This document shows, piece after piece, positions 1 through 8,569 of a stretch of 64,000 nucleotides of DNA. Position numbers and translations under genes: made by a program. This DNA is from Oligoflexia bacterium (lineage in GTDB: Bacteria > Bdellovibrionota > Bacteriovoracia > Bacteriovoracales > Bacteriovoracaceae): contig JADGAM010000002.1 in NCBI GenBank assembly GCA_015232015.1, positions 85 to 64,084 of the forward strand, written 5' to 3'. The first letter of the stretch is position 1. The number at the start of each line of letters is the position of its first letter. The notes under the pieces are model-generated. The model saw only the letters and a list, made by a program, of their open reading frames with translations. It did no database searches and was not told the origin of the DNA.

Positions 1-479
1 GTGATGATCATCCAGGTCTCAAAGCAGCTAGGAAGTCAGTATTCCCTTCGGTACCATGGCAAAGATGTCAGTTTCATATTGCTCAAAATGCTCAACAATA
101 TGCCCCTAAAAAATCAATGCGTATTGAGATCGGACAGGAAGTTAGAAATATTTTTAATTCACCTACGATTGAAGATGCACGTGAATATATAAACAAAGTA
201 ATTAATAAATATAATAAAAAGGCCCCTGAATTTGTTAATTGGTTAAATGCAAATATCGAAGAAGGTCTTGTAGTTTATAATTTTCCAAAGGAACATAGGA
301 TAAAAATTAGAACTGCTAATATGATAGAGCGATTAAATAAAGAAATTAGACGAAGAACAAGAGTTGCTGGATTATTTCCAAATAAGGAATCAGTTTTGAG
401 ATTGGTAACAGCACTGTTGCAAGAAGAACATGAAGGATGGGAGACAGAAGCTCCATACATTAAAATACTAGAGGATTAA
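1..479 (+). CDS. IS256-family (mutator-type) transposase, C-terminal part; 5' end off-window
   Basis: Frame 3 is open from nt 3 and reads DDHPGLKAARKSVFPSVPWQRCQFHIAQNAQQYAPKKSMRIEIGQEV. This is the conserved IS256 block (DDHxGL...QRCxxH). It continues into the listed 117..479 ORF (..RIKIRTANMIERLNKEIRRRTRV..). The listed 1..192 ORF is the wrong frame. Confidence 0.85.
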   Translation, partial: DDHPGLKAARKSVFPSVPWQRCQFHIAQNAQQYAPKKSMRIEIGQEVRNIFNSPTIEDAREYINKVINKYNKKAPEFVNWLNANIEEGLVVYNFPKEHRIKIRTANMIERLNKEIRRRTRVAGLFPNKESVLRLVTALLQEEHEGWETEAPYIKILED

Positions 480-620
480 TTAATATTTTTATTAAATTTA
501 AATATGCTTTTGTTAAGAAAAGAGAATGAGTCATCATTCTCATAGAGGAATATTCAGCTGAAATCAAATAATTTGTCAAGGTCACGAAGTGCCGAATAAA
601 ATGAGGGTAACCTTGACAAA
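1..620 (+). mobile_element. Right-hand portion of an IS256-family insertion sequence (left part off-window); right boundary not resolved
   Basis: The transposase ORF runs off the left edge. Its stop at 479 is followed by a GAGAATGA/TCATTCTC hairpin (522-541). An 11-bp inverted repeat TTTGTCAAGGT/ACCTTGACAAA follows (572-582 / 610-620). The true IS terminus cannot be placed without the left terminal repeat. Confidence 0.5.
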
Positions 621-676
621 CAATTTGATGAAAGCTATTTAAAAATTATTTTTGAGAATTTTAGATTAAAAATGAT

Positions 677-934
677 TTGAAGTTTTTACAGAAAAAAATT
701 TGCTTTATCCCTTTGGCAGATGATATTCTTTCACTCCTTCGTAGAAATCCCCATGGTGTTACTCGTACTGAGATAAGAGATTATTTTAACAGAAATAAGA
801 ATAAGGCAAATATTGATTCAGCTTTAAACTTACTATCAAGAGAAGATTTAGCTTATTCTGAACCTAAAGAAAGTGGAGGAAAACCTACCGAAATGTGGTT
901 TGCAAAAACAGTTAAAACTCCACGTACGACATAA
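677..934 (+). CDS. Small winged-helix-like ORF; possibly the C-terminal remnant of an island replication (primase/helicase, DUF3987-like) gene cut by the IS
   Basis: TTG start, with an in-frame TAG only 5 codons upstream (662-664). The tail ..LSLLRRNPHGVTRTEIRDYFNRNK..LSREDLAYSEPKESGGKPTEMWF resembles the wHTH C-termini of integrative-element replication proteins. This rests on motif memory only. Confidence 0.3.
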   Translation: MKFLQKKICFIPLADDILSLLRRNPHGVTRTEIRDYFNRNKNKANIDSALNLLSREDLAYSEPKESGGKPTEMWFAKTVKTPRTT

Positions 935-1018
935 ACGATAATAACGACAAAATACAGGCAAAGAATATTAAATTATCAAGTTTGGTCGTTTAGATCGTTA
1001 ATGTCGTAGGAGTGTACA

Positions 1019-1357
1019 ATGGGAAAATATCTTAAATTAGCAAAGGAAATTATTTCAAATAAAATAAGTAATTCGTTCATTGATAGTAATTGTTCAAAAA
1101 AAGAAATCGCTGATAGACAAAATGGTTGGAAGTCTTTGATTAATACTTTAGGAAATTCCTCAACCAAAGATTTATTGGTGATGCAAAAAAATAGGAATCC
1201 ATACATTGATTATTCAAAAAGAGAACCTACTCTAATCATTCCGCATAACTCCGATCCTAAATATCATTGGTGGAATGGAGGGAAAAACATTGAGCAAACA
1301 CTAAAGGAGTTAAATGCACCAGTTGAGATGATTAAACATTATTTAGGAGGAGAATGA
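1019..1357 (+). CDS. Hypothetical protein of the integrative element
   Basis: 112-aa ORF. AGGAG (1008-1012) lies 6 nt upstream of the ATG. The stop overlaps the ATGATG of the next gene. No recognisable domain. Confidence 0.5.
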   Translation: MGKYLKLAKEIISNKISNSFIDSNCSKKEIADRQNGWKSLINTLGNSSTKDLLVMQKNRNPYIDYSKREPTLIIPHNSDPKYHWWNGGKNIEQTLKELNAPVEMIKHYLGGE

Positions 1358-1593
1358 TGAAAAAGCAGCAAACAGCAATAGATACATATAACCACAACAG
1401 ACCATAAAGGTCAGGGTTCTTTGACAATCGAATATGGCGAATAAAAGATGTTGCAGAATATTTAAGTGTGTCTACAGGACACATTTGTAATCTGACTTCA
1501 CAGATGAGAATACCACATAGGAAAAAAGGTAAGTTGTTGTATTTCATTCCCTCTGAAATCAATGATTGGATTAACGAAGGAAATCTATTATGA
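1354..1593 (+). pseudogene. Excisionase/AlpA-type HTH gene interrupted by an in-frame TAA (1405-1407)
   Basis: AGGAGG (1345-1350) precedes ATGATG (1354), which opens frame 1: MMKKQQTAIDTYNHNRP, then TAA. The same frame continues RSGFFDNRIWRIKDVAEYLSVSTGHICNLTSQMRIPHRKKGKLLYFIPSEINDWINEGNLL and ends in an ATGA overlap with the integrase start. There is no ATG/GTG/TTG between the TAA and the HTH. Confidence 0.5.
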
Positions 1594-2879
1594 AAACAAC
1601 AGCGAACCAAAATAAAAATAAACGATTTGCGACTTTAAAAAGTCATTCTGGTATTAGAAAAGATCTTAGAACAAACAAGTATATTGTCACTAAAAGTATT
1701 AGAGGTAAAAGGTACTACGATAGTTTTGACCGATTACCAGATGCTTTGGATTGGAAAAATACATTTCTACCAGGGACTAAGGCGGAATCACAAATTGCGA
1801 ACAAGCATGTGCAATATGTTTCAAAGGCTTCAGTAATATCAACTTATGATTTAAATGGTATCGATAAAGGACATACGTTAGGTAGTGTATGGGAGATGTA
1901 TCAGAAACAATATTTCCCACAACTAGAAACTGCTACAGTTGAAACTAAACTTGTTAGAAGTAAGTTTTTTGAATCTTTATTTGATGTTTCCATGGTGCAT
2001 ATTAATTCAGAGTTGTTAGATAAGCACATGATTGAACAAGTGGAATTGGCAAAGGTTAATAATAGTGGAAGACATAATTTTAAATATTCATTAAAGGAAT
2101 TAGCTGCATTACTTAACTGGTATCATGATAATTACGATTCTAAATTTGTGAATCCAATTTTGAAACGACATAATACAATGGGTATTTTAAAGAAAGTTAA
2201 ATCTCGAAATAAAAAAATGCAGCATGAGGAGGTTGTACAATTTCATGAGGCACTTCCTCCGTTATTCAAAGATTTTGCTATACTTCACTTTTACTTAGCA
2301 TCGCGTGTTTCAGAAGTGGCAGGCATTCAGATTTTCAATATCAATCTAAACAATAAAGAGATTCTAATTAAGCATGTAGTAGTGTGGGATAAGAGTAAAC
2401 GCTTTATAGAGTTAAAGCCCTATACTAAGAATGGCGAAGAGAAACCATGTAGAATGAATAAGGTCATGGAAGAAATTGTTCGTCGTAGGTTGGCCGAAGT
2501 GAAATTTGGTTGTAGTTATCTGTTTCATATCGATGGTCAACCACTTGGTTATCGTAAGATTCAGTATGAGTATGATAAAGCGCTCAAAAAATGCGGATTA
2601 AGTAGTAAATATAGTGGTACTCACATTATGAGACATTCAATGGCCACAATTACAAGATTGGTCACAGGTAGTTTGGATGCTGCTCAAGCAGTTACAGGCC
2701 ACAAGGATCAAAAAATTGCCCAACACTACTCTGCTATTCCTTGTGAGGCCCAAGGAAATGCTGTTGATAGTGTAGAGAGGTTCATGGAAAAATATCAGGA
2801 GCGTGTGAATGAAAGACGTGCTTCTTCCTCTGAAAAAACAGCTAATCAAATTGTCGGTGTACAAAATCGTGCAGAGTGA
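1590..2879 (+). CDS. Tyrosine site-specific integrase (phage-integrase family)
   Basis: 429 aa. The C-terminal catalytic region reads ..LASRVSEVAGIQ..HIMRHSMATITRL..VTGHKDQKIAQHYS (R...HxxR...H...Y pattern). The N-terminus is arm-binding-like (GIRKDLRTNKYIVTKSIRGKRYY). It lies directly beside the 3' end of a tRNA gene. Confidence 0.9.
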   Translation: MKTTANQNKNKRFATLKSHSGIRKDLRTNKYIVTKSIRGKRYYDSFDRLPDALDWKNTFLPGTKAESQIANKHVQYVSKASVISTYDLNGIDKGHTLGSVWEMYQKQYFPQLETATVETKLVRSKFFESLFDVSMVHINSELLDKHMIEQVELAKVNNSGRHNFKYSLKELAALLNWYHDNYDSKFVNPILKRHNTMGILKKVKSRNKKMQHEEVVQFHEALPPLFKDFAILHFYLASRVSEVAGIQIFNINLNNKEILIKHVVVWDKSKRFIELKPYTKNGEEKPCRMNKVMEEIVRRRLAEVKFGCSYLFHIDGQPLGYRKIQYEYDKALKKCGLSSKYSGTHIMRHSMATITRLVTGSLDAAQAVTGHKDQKIAQHYSAIPCEAQGNAVDSVERFMEKYQERVNERRASSSEKTANQIVGVQNRAE

Positions 2880-2964
2880 GAAATGCTAGTTCGTGCGAAC
2901 AAATGCGAACAAAATTTGAATTTGAGAGCGAGATTTTAATGATAATAAATATTTACAATTGAAA

Positions 2965-3054
2965 TGGCGGAGACGCAGAGGTTCGAACTCTGGAGACCCG
3001 TAAAGGCCTGGATCCTTAGCAAGGACCTGGTTTAAGCCACTCACCCACGTCTCC
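2965..3054 (-). tRNA. tRNA-Ser (anticodon GCU), type II with long variable arm, CCA encoded
   Basis: The reverse complement folds by hand as GGAGACG-TG-GGT..ACC-A-GGTCC-TTGCTAA-GGATC-(long variable arm)-CAGAG-TTCGAAC-CTCTG-CGTCTCC-G-CCA. The anticodon loop TTGCTAA gives GCT. Confidence 0.9.
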
Positions 3055-3127
3055 TAAAGAAATATCGTAAAGAGAGATCTAAAAAACTTTTTTAAAATGA
3101 TAGCAGATTAACATACTAAAAATTAAA

Positions 3128-3217
3128 TGGCGGAGGACAAAGGATTCGAACCTTCGGAGAGCGTAAACCCTCGGCAGTTTTCAAGACTGCTGCCTTAAAC
3201 CACTCGGCCAATCCTCC
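3128..3217 (-). tRNA. tRNA-Ser (anticodon UGA), type II with long variable arm, CCA encoded
   Basis: The reverse complement reads GGAGGAT-TG-GCC..GGC-A-GCAGT-CTTGAAA-ACTGC-(variable arm)-GAAGG-TTCGAAT-CCTTT-GTCCTCC-G-CCA. The anticodon loop CTTGAAA gives TGA. Confidence 0.9.
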
Positions 3218-3593
3218 GCACGCTTAGAAAGTATGCTAACTTTTAAACTTTAAAAAGACAATTTAAAATTATCTGAATTCTTCAAAAATTAAATTCTAAT
3301 TAATACTGGATAAAAAAACTACATCATTATTTTTTTAATAAAATAAATTTTTATTTTTTAAAAAAAATAAAGATAATGAAATAAATAATTTTTCTTTGAT
3401 CTTTAATATTTAGGAGTAGTTGGTAGTTGATAGCTTGATCAAAAAAATAATTATTTTATATTTTGAAGAACTTAAAGTTTATGGCCGCCGATAAGTTTTT
3501 ATATATTATAAAGTTAGAGTACAATTAAGCATATGACAAAAAAAGAATAGTGTTAATTTATCTCATCAACTATTATTTCCGAGAGGAAAAATT

Positions 3594-5939
3594 ATGAAAA
3601 TAAATTTTATTTGTTCTAATTTTATTTATCCTTTATTTATTTCAATACTTCTATTCTTTGTGTGTGCAACAAGACCAGTTTTCGCGGCCTGTACAGAAAC
3701 CATATTTATAAATGATATAAAAGGTGATGCTAATTTATTATTAAAAAATTTAATTGGTGAAAAGATTTTAGATGAAAATGGAAAATTTATTTCACCATCA
3801 ACAAAGTGTGTAGTTTTAAGAGGAGAACTTTTTGATACAAAAATGCCAGTTACTGAAGATCAAGTCACCAAAAATCAACAACTAAATTCTCTCTTAAAAA
3901 AATTACTCATTGAAAATTCACCTATTTCTGTCGTTCTTGGTACAGAAGATATTTCTTTTTTTAATCGAACATCAACTGATGCGGACGTAAGAATAACTAA
4001 AATTAGAAAGTTGATAAATAATGATAAATTCAAGGCAGCACATGTTGTAGTAACAACTGATATTGCAACTCCAGGAATAACAAAAAAATATATAGTAACA
4101 CCAGGAGGATTATCTCAAGAGAGAATACGCCTGCTAGGATTAGGAGACAATTTAAATGCTATAAATCCTGAACAAATAGAAGCAGTAATGAAAAAGAATG
4201 TTTTAGATCCTAATAAAATGGGTTTATTTACTCCTATCAATTTAAGAGACGCCTCTAGTAGTATACAACAAGTGTTTTGGCCTTCCGATGGAGTTGCTTC
4301 AAGTTCAGCAACTGTTTTTATTCCTGCTAATTCTATCAAACAAATATTAAAATTAAGTAACTCATCTTCGCCAACATTTTCTCCTATTACCGAAGCTGCA
4401 ATCGACCCTACTCTCCTAGAAAAGATATTGTCATCGACGACTGCATCTGCACCTGTGTTTTTTTATTCAGCTAAAACACCTCCTACACTTGCAGACGATA
4501 GTTCGGTGTCTCCGCTTCCTCCGCTTCCCCTACCTCCTCAATCAACTGATCTTCCAGTGACAGGTTTTTCTCGTTCTCCTTCCATGCCACTAGAAGATGG
4601 TAGAAGCACAACAGGAAAAGATCCTTTGAAAAAGGGTGATCCCACAACCACAACAAGTGCTTCAACTTTAGGTTCAACTGAACCACATACTGAATCGCAT
4701 GCTGATAGTCCTGACTTAACAGAACATGCAATATTAAAAGAAGGAAGCATTTTAAATAAAATAATAAATAATGTATTCCCAAATTTAAATATGGGCAGCG
4801 AGGGATTTTCATGCATGACGGGCCACTGTCTTAGTGAAAGTATTGGCGCCTCTAAGGTCAATGAGCTTTACAATGATTGGCTCGAAATCTTAGGTGAGGT
4901 TGCACAGGATGAGACTGGAAAAGATAAAGATGAGCTTCTTTGTAAAACACAATTACTAACTCAACAATGTGCAAGACCAGATAAAAAAGAAGAAATACTT
5001 GAAAAACTTGCTAAATTAAAAGAAAAAAATCAGAGTGAATTTAGATGTAGTTTTATTGATAATAATATCGCAAAAAAAATGCTTAATGCTGAAAAAAAAC
5101 AGCAAGTAGATAATAATTCCAAAAATACTGTTGAAGGATTAATCGAAGCTTTTGATGAAGAAAAACAATTATTGAAAGATCAACGAGGAAGACATTGTTT
5201 TGAAATCTATGCAATTCTAATAAATTTCAAAGATTTCAATGAGGCGAATACAGACTCTCCAAATTGCAATCCAAATGATTCGAAATTCGCTGAATATGTA
5301 TTTATGCAAAATAAATGGATGGAAAAATTAAAAAATGGGCCTGCTCTAAAGAAATTTGTCCAAAAAAATCAAGAAAATTCTAGAGAAAGACAAAAAATCA
5401 GAAATGCTCGTTATGGTAAATTGAGAGAACAAATATTACAAGTATCAGCACTTAAAACCAAGCAAACTTTAAATAAAAATTTACCATTGTTAGAACAAAT
5501 AGATACTAATTCCGGTACTGATTTAGACGAAGAAATATCTGAATTGATAAAGCAGATACAAAGTAAGGGATTAAATGATTTGAAAGCAGTTGAAAATTCA
5601 AATCCTAACCCCATTATAAAATTATTGTTAAGAGATAAAATATTTCATTTGAGTAGAGGAGCGGATCGTGCAAGAACAGAAGAAGCGGTAAAAAACAAAG
5701 AAGAAGTCACTCTATCGACAAGAATTGATCATGAAGCTATTGGTAATCGAGGAGGAGATTTTTTTACTCCTGAGGGCCAAATCATTGGATTTAGGCCTTG
5801 GGCAGCGGCCGCCGTTACTTCAACCACATCCTCACATCCATCATTACATTCACCCCCACCATCGACCAGGTCAGAGGGAGTGGATAAGCTGGAACGAGAT
5901 AAAACCCCAAGTGATCAAAGTGATCAAAGTGATCAGTGA
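3594..5939 (+). CDS. Large secreted (possibly lipo-) protein of unknown function
   Basis: 781 aa. Hydrophobic signal sequence ..ILLFFVCATRPVFAAC... A Pro/Ser/Thr-rich linker (..SPLPPLPLPPQSTDLP..) is followed by a K/E-rich helical C-terminal half. The protein ends in DQSDQSDQSDQ, encoded by a 3 x 9-nt tandem repeat (5911-5937). AGGAAAA lies upstream of the ATG. Confidence 0.6.
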   Translation: MKINFICSNFIYPLFISILLFFVCATRPVFAACTETIFINDIKGDANLLLKNLIGEKILDENGKFISPSTKCVVLRGELFDTKMPVTEDQVTKNQQLNSLLKKLLIENSPISVVLGTEDISFFNRTSTDADVRITKIRKLINNDKFKAAHVVVTTDIATPGITKKYIVTPGGLSQERIRLLGLGDNLNAINPEQIEAVMKKNVLDPNKMGLFTPINLRDASSSIQQVFWPSDGVASSSATVFIPANSIKQILKLSNSSSPTFSPITEAAIDPTLLEKILSSTTASAPVFFYSAKTPPTLADDSSVSPLPPLPLPPQSTDLPVTGFSRSPSMPLEDGRSTTGKDPLKKGDPTTTTSASTLGSTEPHTESHADSPDLTEHAILKEGSILNKIINNVFPNLNMGSEGFSCMTGHCLSESIGASKVNELYNDWLEILGEVAQDETGKDKDELLCKTQLLTQQCARPDKKEEILEKLAKLKEKNQSEFRCSFIDNNIAKKMLNAEKKQQVDNNSKNTVEGLIEAFDEEKQLLKDQRGRHCFEIYAILINFKDFNEANTDSPNCNPNDSKFAEYVFMQNKWMEKLKNGPALKKFVQKNQENSRERQKIRNARYGKLREQILQVSALKTKQTLNKNLPLLEQIDTNSGTDLDEEISELIKQIQSKGLNDLKAVENSNPNPIIKLLLRDKIFHLSRGADRARTEEAVKNKEEVTLSTRIDHEAIGNRGGDFFTPEGQIIGFRPWAAAAVTSTTSSHPSLHSPPPSTRSEGVDKLERDKTPSDQSDQSDQ

Positions 5940-5947
5940 TAGTTTTA

Positions 5948-7264
5948 TTACATAATCTTTTTCTTAGCTTCCCTAACCATTGCCTCTCTTTCTGCTTCAT
6001 TACTCCATCTAGCTTGTGCTTCTTTTGATAATCTATGAATTGGATCGAAATAAGTAAATATCATGTTGGGTTTAACAAAGGGAGCTTTCCAAACGGAGAT
6101 GCCATTTTCTTGATCATAATATTCATAAGAGGCCACATGACGTTTCCCTCCACCTCCTGGAAGATCACAAACAAATGTAGGAATATTATATCCAGCAGTT
6201 ATTCCCCTAATACATTTTTCCAACTCTATACTTTCACCTAAAGTATTTCTAAAATGTTCACAACCTTGAACCATATCTGGAATGAAAACATAATATGGTT
6301 GAATGTTGATGTAACTTAATTTCTTAACTAATGTAACCATTTCCATGGTGGCAGAGTTAACTCCCTCTTGTAGTACTGCTTGATTTCGAACCGTAATACC
6401 CTCTGCAAACAAGCGGTCCATTGCTTTTACTGACCATTTAGTTATTTCTATAGGACTAGAAAAATGTGTGTGAATTGCAATTTGTTTACCCATAGATTTT
6501 GCTTTTTTATTAATAGCAGAAAGGGCATTAACCCAATCATCGTCAGTTAAAATTTTCTGAGGAAGTATTGCAATTCCTTTAGTAGCATAACGAAGGCGCC
6601 TTATATGAGGGATATTTAAAAGTGTTTCACCTACTAACGTTATTTGAGCAGCAGTAAGGTTATAAACATCTCCCCCAGAAATTACTACATCTTCAATTTG
6701 GGGGTTAGTACGGATATATTCAAATACTGGATCCCAATTTTTTACATTGGCACCATATGTGTGTTTTTCAATTTTTTCAGTAGAGCCACCAATAAGGCGA
6801 CTACGAGTGCAATATGAACAGTAAACAGGACAAGTTGCAATGGTGAGGAAGAGTACTTTATCGAGATAACGATGAGTAAGTAAGGGAACTGGAGAATCGC
6901 TATCTTCTGCTAATGAATCCAATTTATAAAATGGATGATCAGGTTTAAATTGAGAAGCTATTGGTAAAAATTGTTTTCTAAGAGGATCATTAATTGGATC
7001 ATTCCAATTAATGAGAGCAAAAACATAAGGCGTAATACGTATATTCATAGGAGTTAGGTCTTGTCCATCTATCAAATCCCTCATAAATGCATCGTTAACC
7101 CTGTTACCTAACACCTGTTTAATTTGTTCGACTTTACGAATCGAATGATGAGTCTGCCAATTGTAATCGCTAAATTGATCTTCATTAATATTTTTCCACT
7201 CTGGAATCTCTTGCCAAAAATAGTCATCTCTAAATTCCCGATGTTTTAATTCTATCTTCATCAT
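5948..7264 (-). CDS. kamA: Lysine 2,3-aminomutase (radical SAM, KamA family)
   Basis: 438 aa. Radical-SAM cluster motif CPVYCSYCTRS. KamA-type N-terminus (..WQxxxSIRKVEQIKQVL..) and C-terminus. The length fits KamA rather than the shorter EpmB. It sits next to kdd and kamDE. Confidence 0.9.
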   Translation of the reverse strand: MMKIELKHREFRDDYFWQEIPEWKNINEDQFSDYNWQTHHSIRKVEQIKQVLGNRVNDAFMRDLIDGQDLTPMNIRITPYVFALINWNDPINDPLRKQFLPIASQFKPDHPFYKLDSLAEDSDSPVPLLTHRYLDKVLFLTIATCPVYCSYCTRSRLIGGSTEKIEKHTYGANVKNWDPVFEYIRTNPQIEDVVISGGDVYNLTAAQITLVGETLLNIPHIRRLRYATKGIAILPQKILTDDDWVNALSAINKKAKSMGKQIAIHTHFSSPIEITKWSVKAMDRLFAEGITVRNQAVLQEGVNSATMEMVTLVKKLSYINIQPYYVFIPDMVQGCEHFRNTLGESIELEKCIRGITAGYNIPTFVCDLPGGGGKRHVASYEYYDQENGISVWKAPFVKPNMIFTYFDPIHRLSKEAQARWSNEAEREAMVREAKKKIM

Positions 7265-7474
7265 TCATTTACCCCTTCTTCTTTTTTCATTCATTTATTC
7301 ATAATTCATATAATTTATTTAAATATATTTTTTATTTAAATAAATCTAATTTAAGAAATATTTAGCAGTATAAACACTAACATAAGTTAAAGACTTTTTC
7401 TTTTTTTTTTGCTACATCATTTAAATCACACACATCAATTTACTAATAATATATTAAATTGGAGACCAGTCAAA

Positions 7475-8521
7475 ATGAAAAAAGAAGGATGTCGCTACGG
7501 AACACATAGAGTTATTTTCCCAGAAAAAGTTTTACCTCAAACAGCTCAACGAATAGATAATTCACTTCCTATTTATGATAATGAATTGCTAGTCGAAGTA
7601 GACACTTTGAATATCGATTCTGCGTCTTTTAGACAAATGAAGGATGCTTGTAATCATGATATTGATAGCGTAAAAAAAATGATTCTATCTATAGTTAAAG
7701 AACGAGGCAAACAACAAAATCCAGTAACTGGATCAGGTGGAATGCTTCTTGGTAAGGTAAAAGAGATTGGCGCCAAATATCCAAATATAAAAAATTTAAA
7801 AGTTGGTGATAAGGTTGCAAGCTTAGTGTCTTTATCACTTACTCCTCTGCAAATAGACGAAATAATCACAGTTTTTTCTGATCGCGATCAAGTAAAGATT
7901 AAAGGTCACGCAATATTTTTTGCCTCTGGAGTATTAGCAAAAATTCCCACTGATATGCCTGAAACTTTGGCCTTGGCAATTTTAGATGTGGCCGGCGCTC
8001 CAGCTCAAACTTACCGATTAGTAAAACCAAATCAAAATGTTGTGATCATAGGCGCCGGTGGTAAATCAGGAAGTATTTGTTGTGCTGTTGCTCGAGATAT
8101 TTTAGGCCCTACAGGTAAGTTGATTGCAATTCAACCATCTGAGAAAGGACGTAAACGAATAAACGAATTAGGTTACTGTGATGAGGTATTAGGAGTGGAT
8201 GCTTGTAGTCCTGTTGATTGTCAAAAGGAAGTTGCAAGAATAACTAATGGAGAGATGGCCGATGTGGTAATTAATTGTGCTCCTGTAGAAAACACTGAAA
8301 TGTCTTCTATTATGTGTGCTAAAAACAACAATTATGCAACGGTGTATTTTTTTACTATGGCCACAAGTTTTACTAAGGCCGCTCTGGGAGCAGAAGGAAT
8401 TGGTTCAGATGCTTTACTTATTATTGGTAATGGGTATGCTCCAAACCATGATTTAATTGCTCTAGATGTAGTTCGAAAGCATAAAAAGTTAAGAGAACTT
8501 TTCGAAAAAGTATACTCTTAA
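7475..8521 (+). CDS. kdd: L-erythro-3,5-diaminohexanoate dehydrogenase
   Basis: The start is moved to ATG 7475, with GGAGA 8-9 nt upstream. N-terminus MKKEGCRYGTHRVIFPEKVLPQ, as I remember Kdd. Dinucleotide-binding VVIIGAGGKSG. Position between kamA and kamDE. Confidence 0.8.
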   Translation: MKKEGCRYGTHRVIFPEKVLPQTAQRIDNSLPIYDNELLVEVDTLNIDSASFRQMKDACNHDIDSVKKMILSIVKERGKQQNPVTGSGGMLLGKVKEIGAKYPNIKNLKVGDKVASLVSLSLTPLQIDEIITVFSDRDQVKIKGHAIFFASGVLAKIPTDMPETLALAILDVAGAPAQTYRLVKPNQNVVIIGAGGKSGSICCAVARDILGPTGKLIAIQPSEKGRKRINELGYCDEVLGVDACSPVDCQKEVARITNGEMADVVINCAPVENTEMSSIMCAKNNNYATVYFFTMATSFTKAALGAEGIGSDALLIIGNGYAPNHDLIALDVVRKHKKLRELFEKVYS

Positions 8522-8569
8522 TGTAACATTATAAAAATAAATAAAAATAAAGCTCTAACTTTACATTTA

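Noticed and set aside
1-192. Listed 63-aa ORF at the very start of the window
   Set aside because: It is out of frame with the clear IS256 transposase reading frame (frame 3, DDHPGLKAARK..QRCQFH..), which covers the same nucleotides. I treat it as a shadow ORF.
1332-1610. 92-aa minus-strand ORF across the xis-int junction
   Set aside because: It has no recognisable features. It overlaps the plus-strand Xis-like HTH frame and the integrase start, which have RBS, coupling and motif support.
1-2879. Intact prophage
   Set aside because: Only integration and replication-type remnants are visible (int, broken xis, wHTH fragment, IS). There are no structural, lysis or packaging genes in the window.
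3218-3593. Structured ncRNA (tmRNA, RNase P, 6S, SRP) in the long AT-rich spacers here, and also at 53177-53548 and 57632-57956
   Set aside because: I found no conserved cores (for example a tRNA-like acceptor/T-arm for tmRNA, or the SRP GGAA tetraloop helix) and no extended GC-supported helices by eye. The regions read as promoter or spacer DNA with simple A/T repeats.
7265-7474. Lysine riboswitch in the divergent kamA/kdd promoter region
   Set aside because: The 210-nt region is almost entirely A/T. It has no paired GC helices or conserved L-box strings. I see only promoter-like A/T tracts and RBSs.
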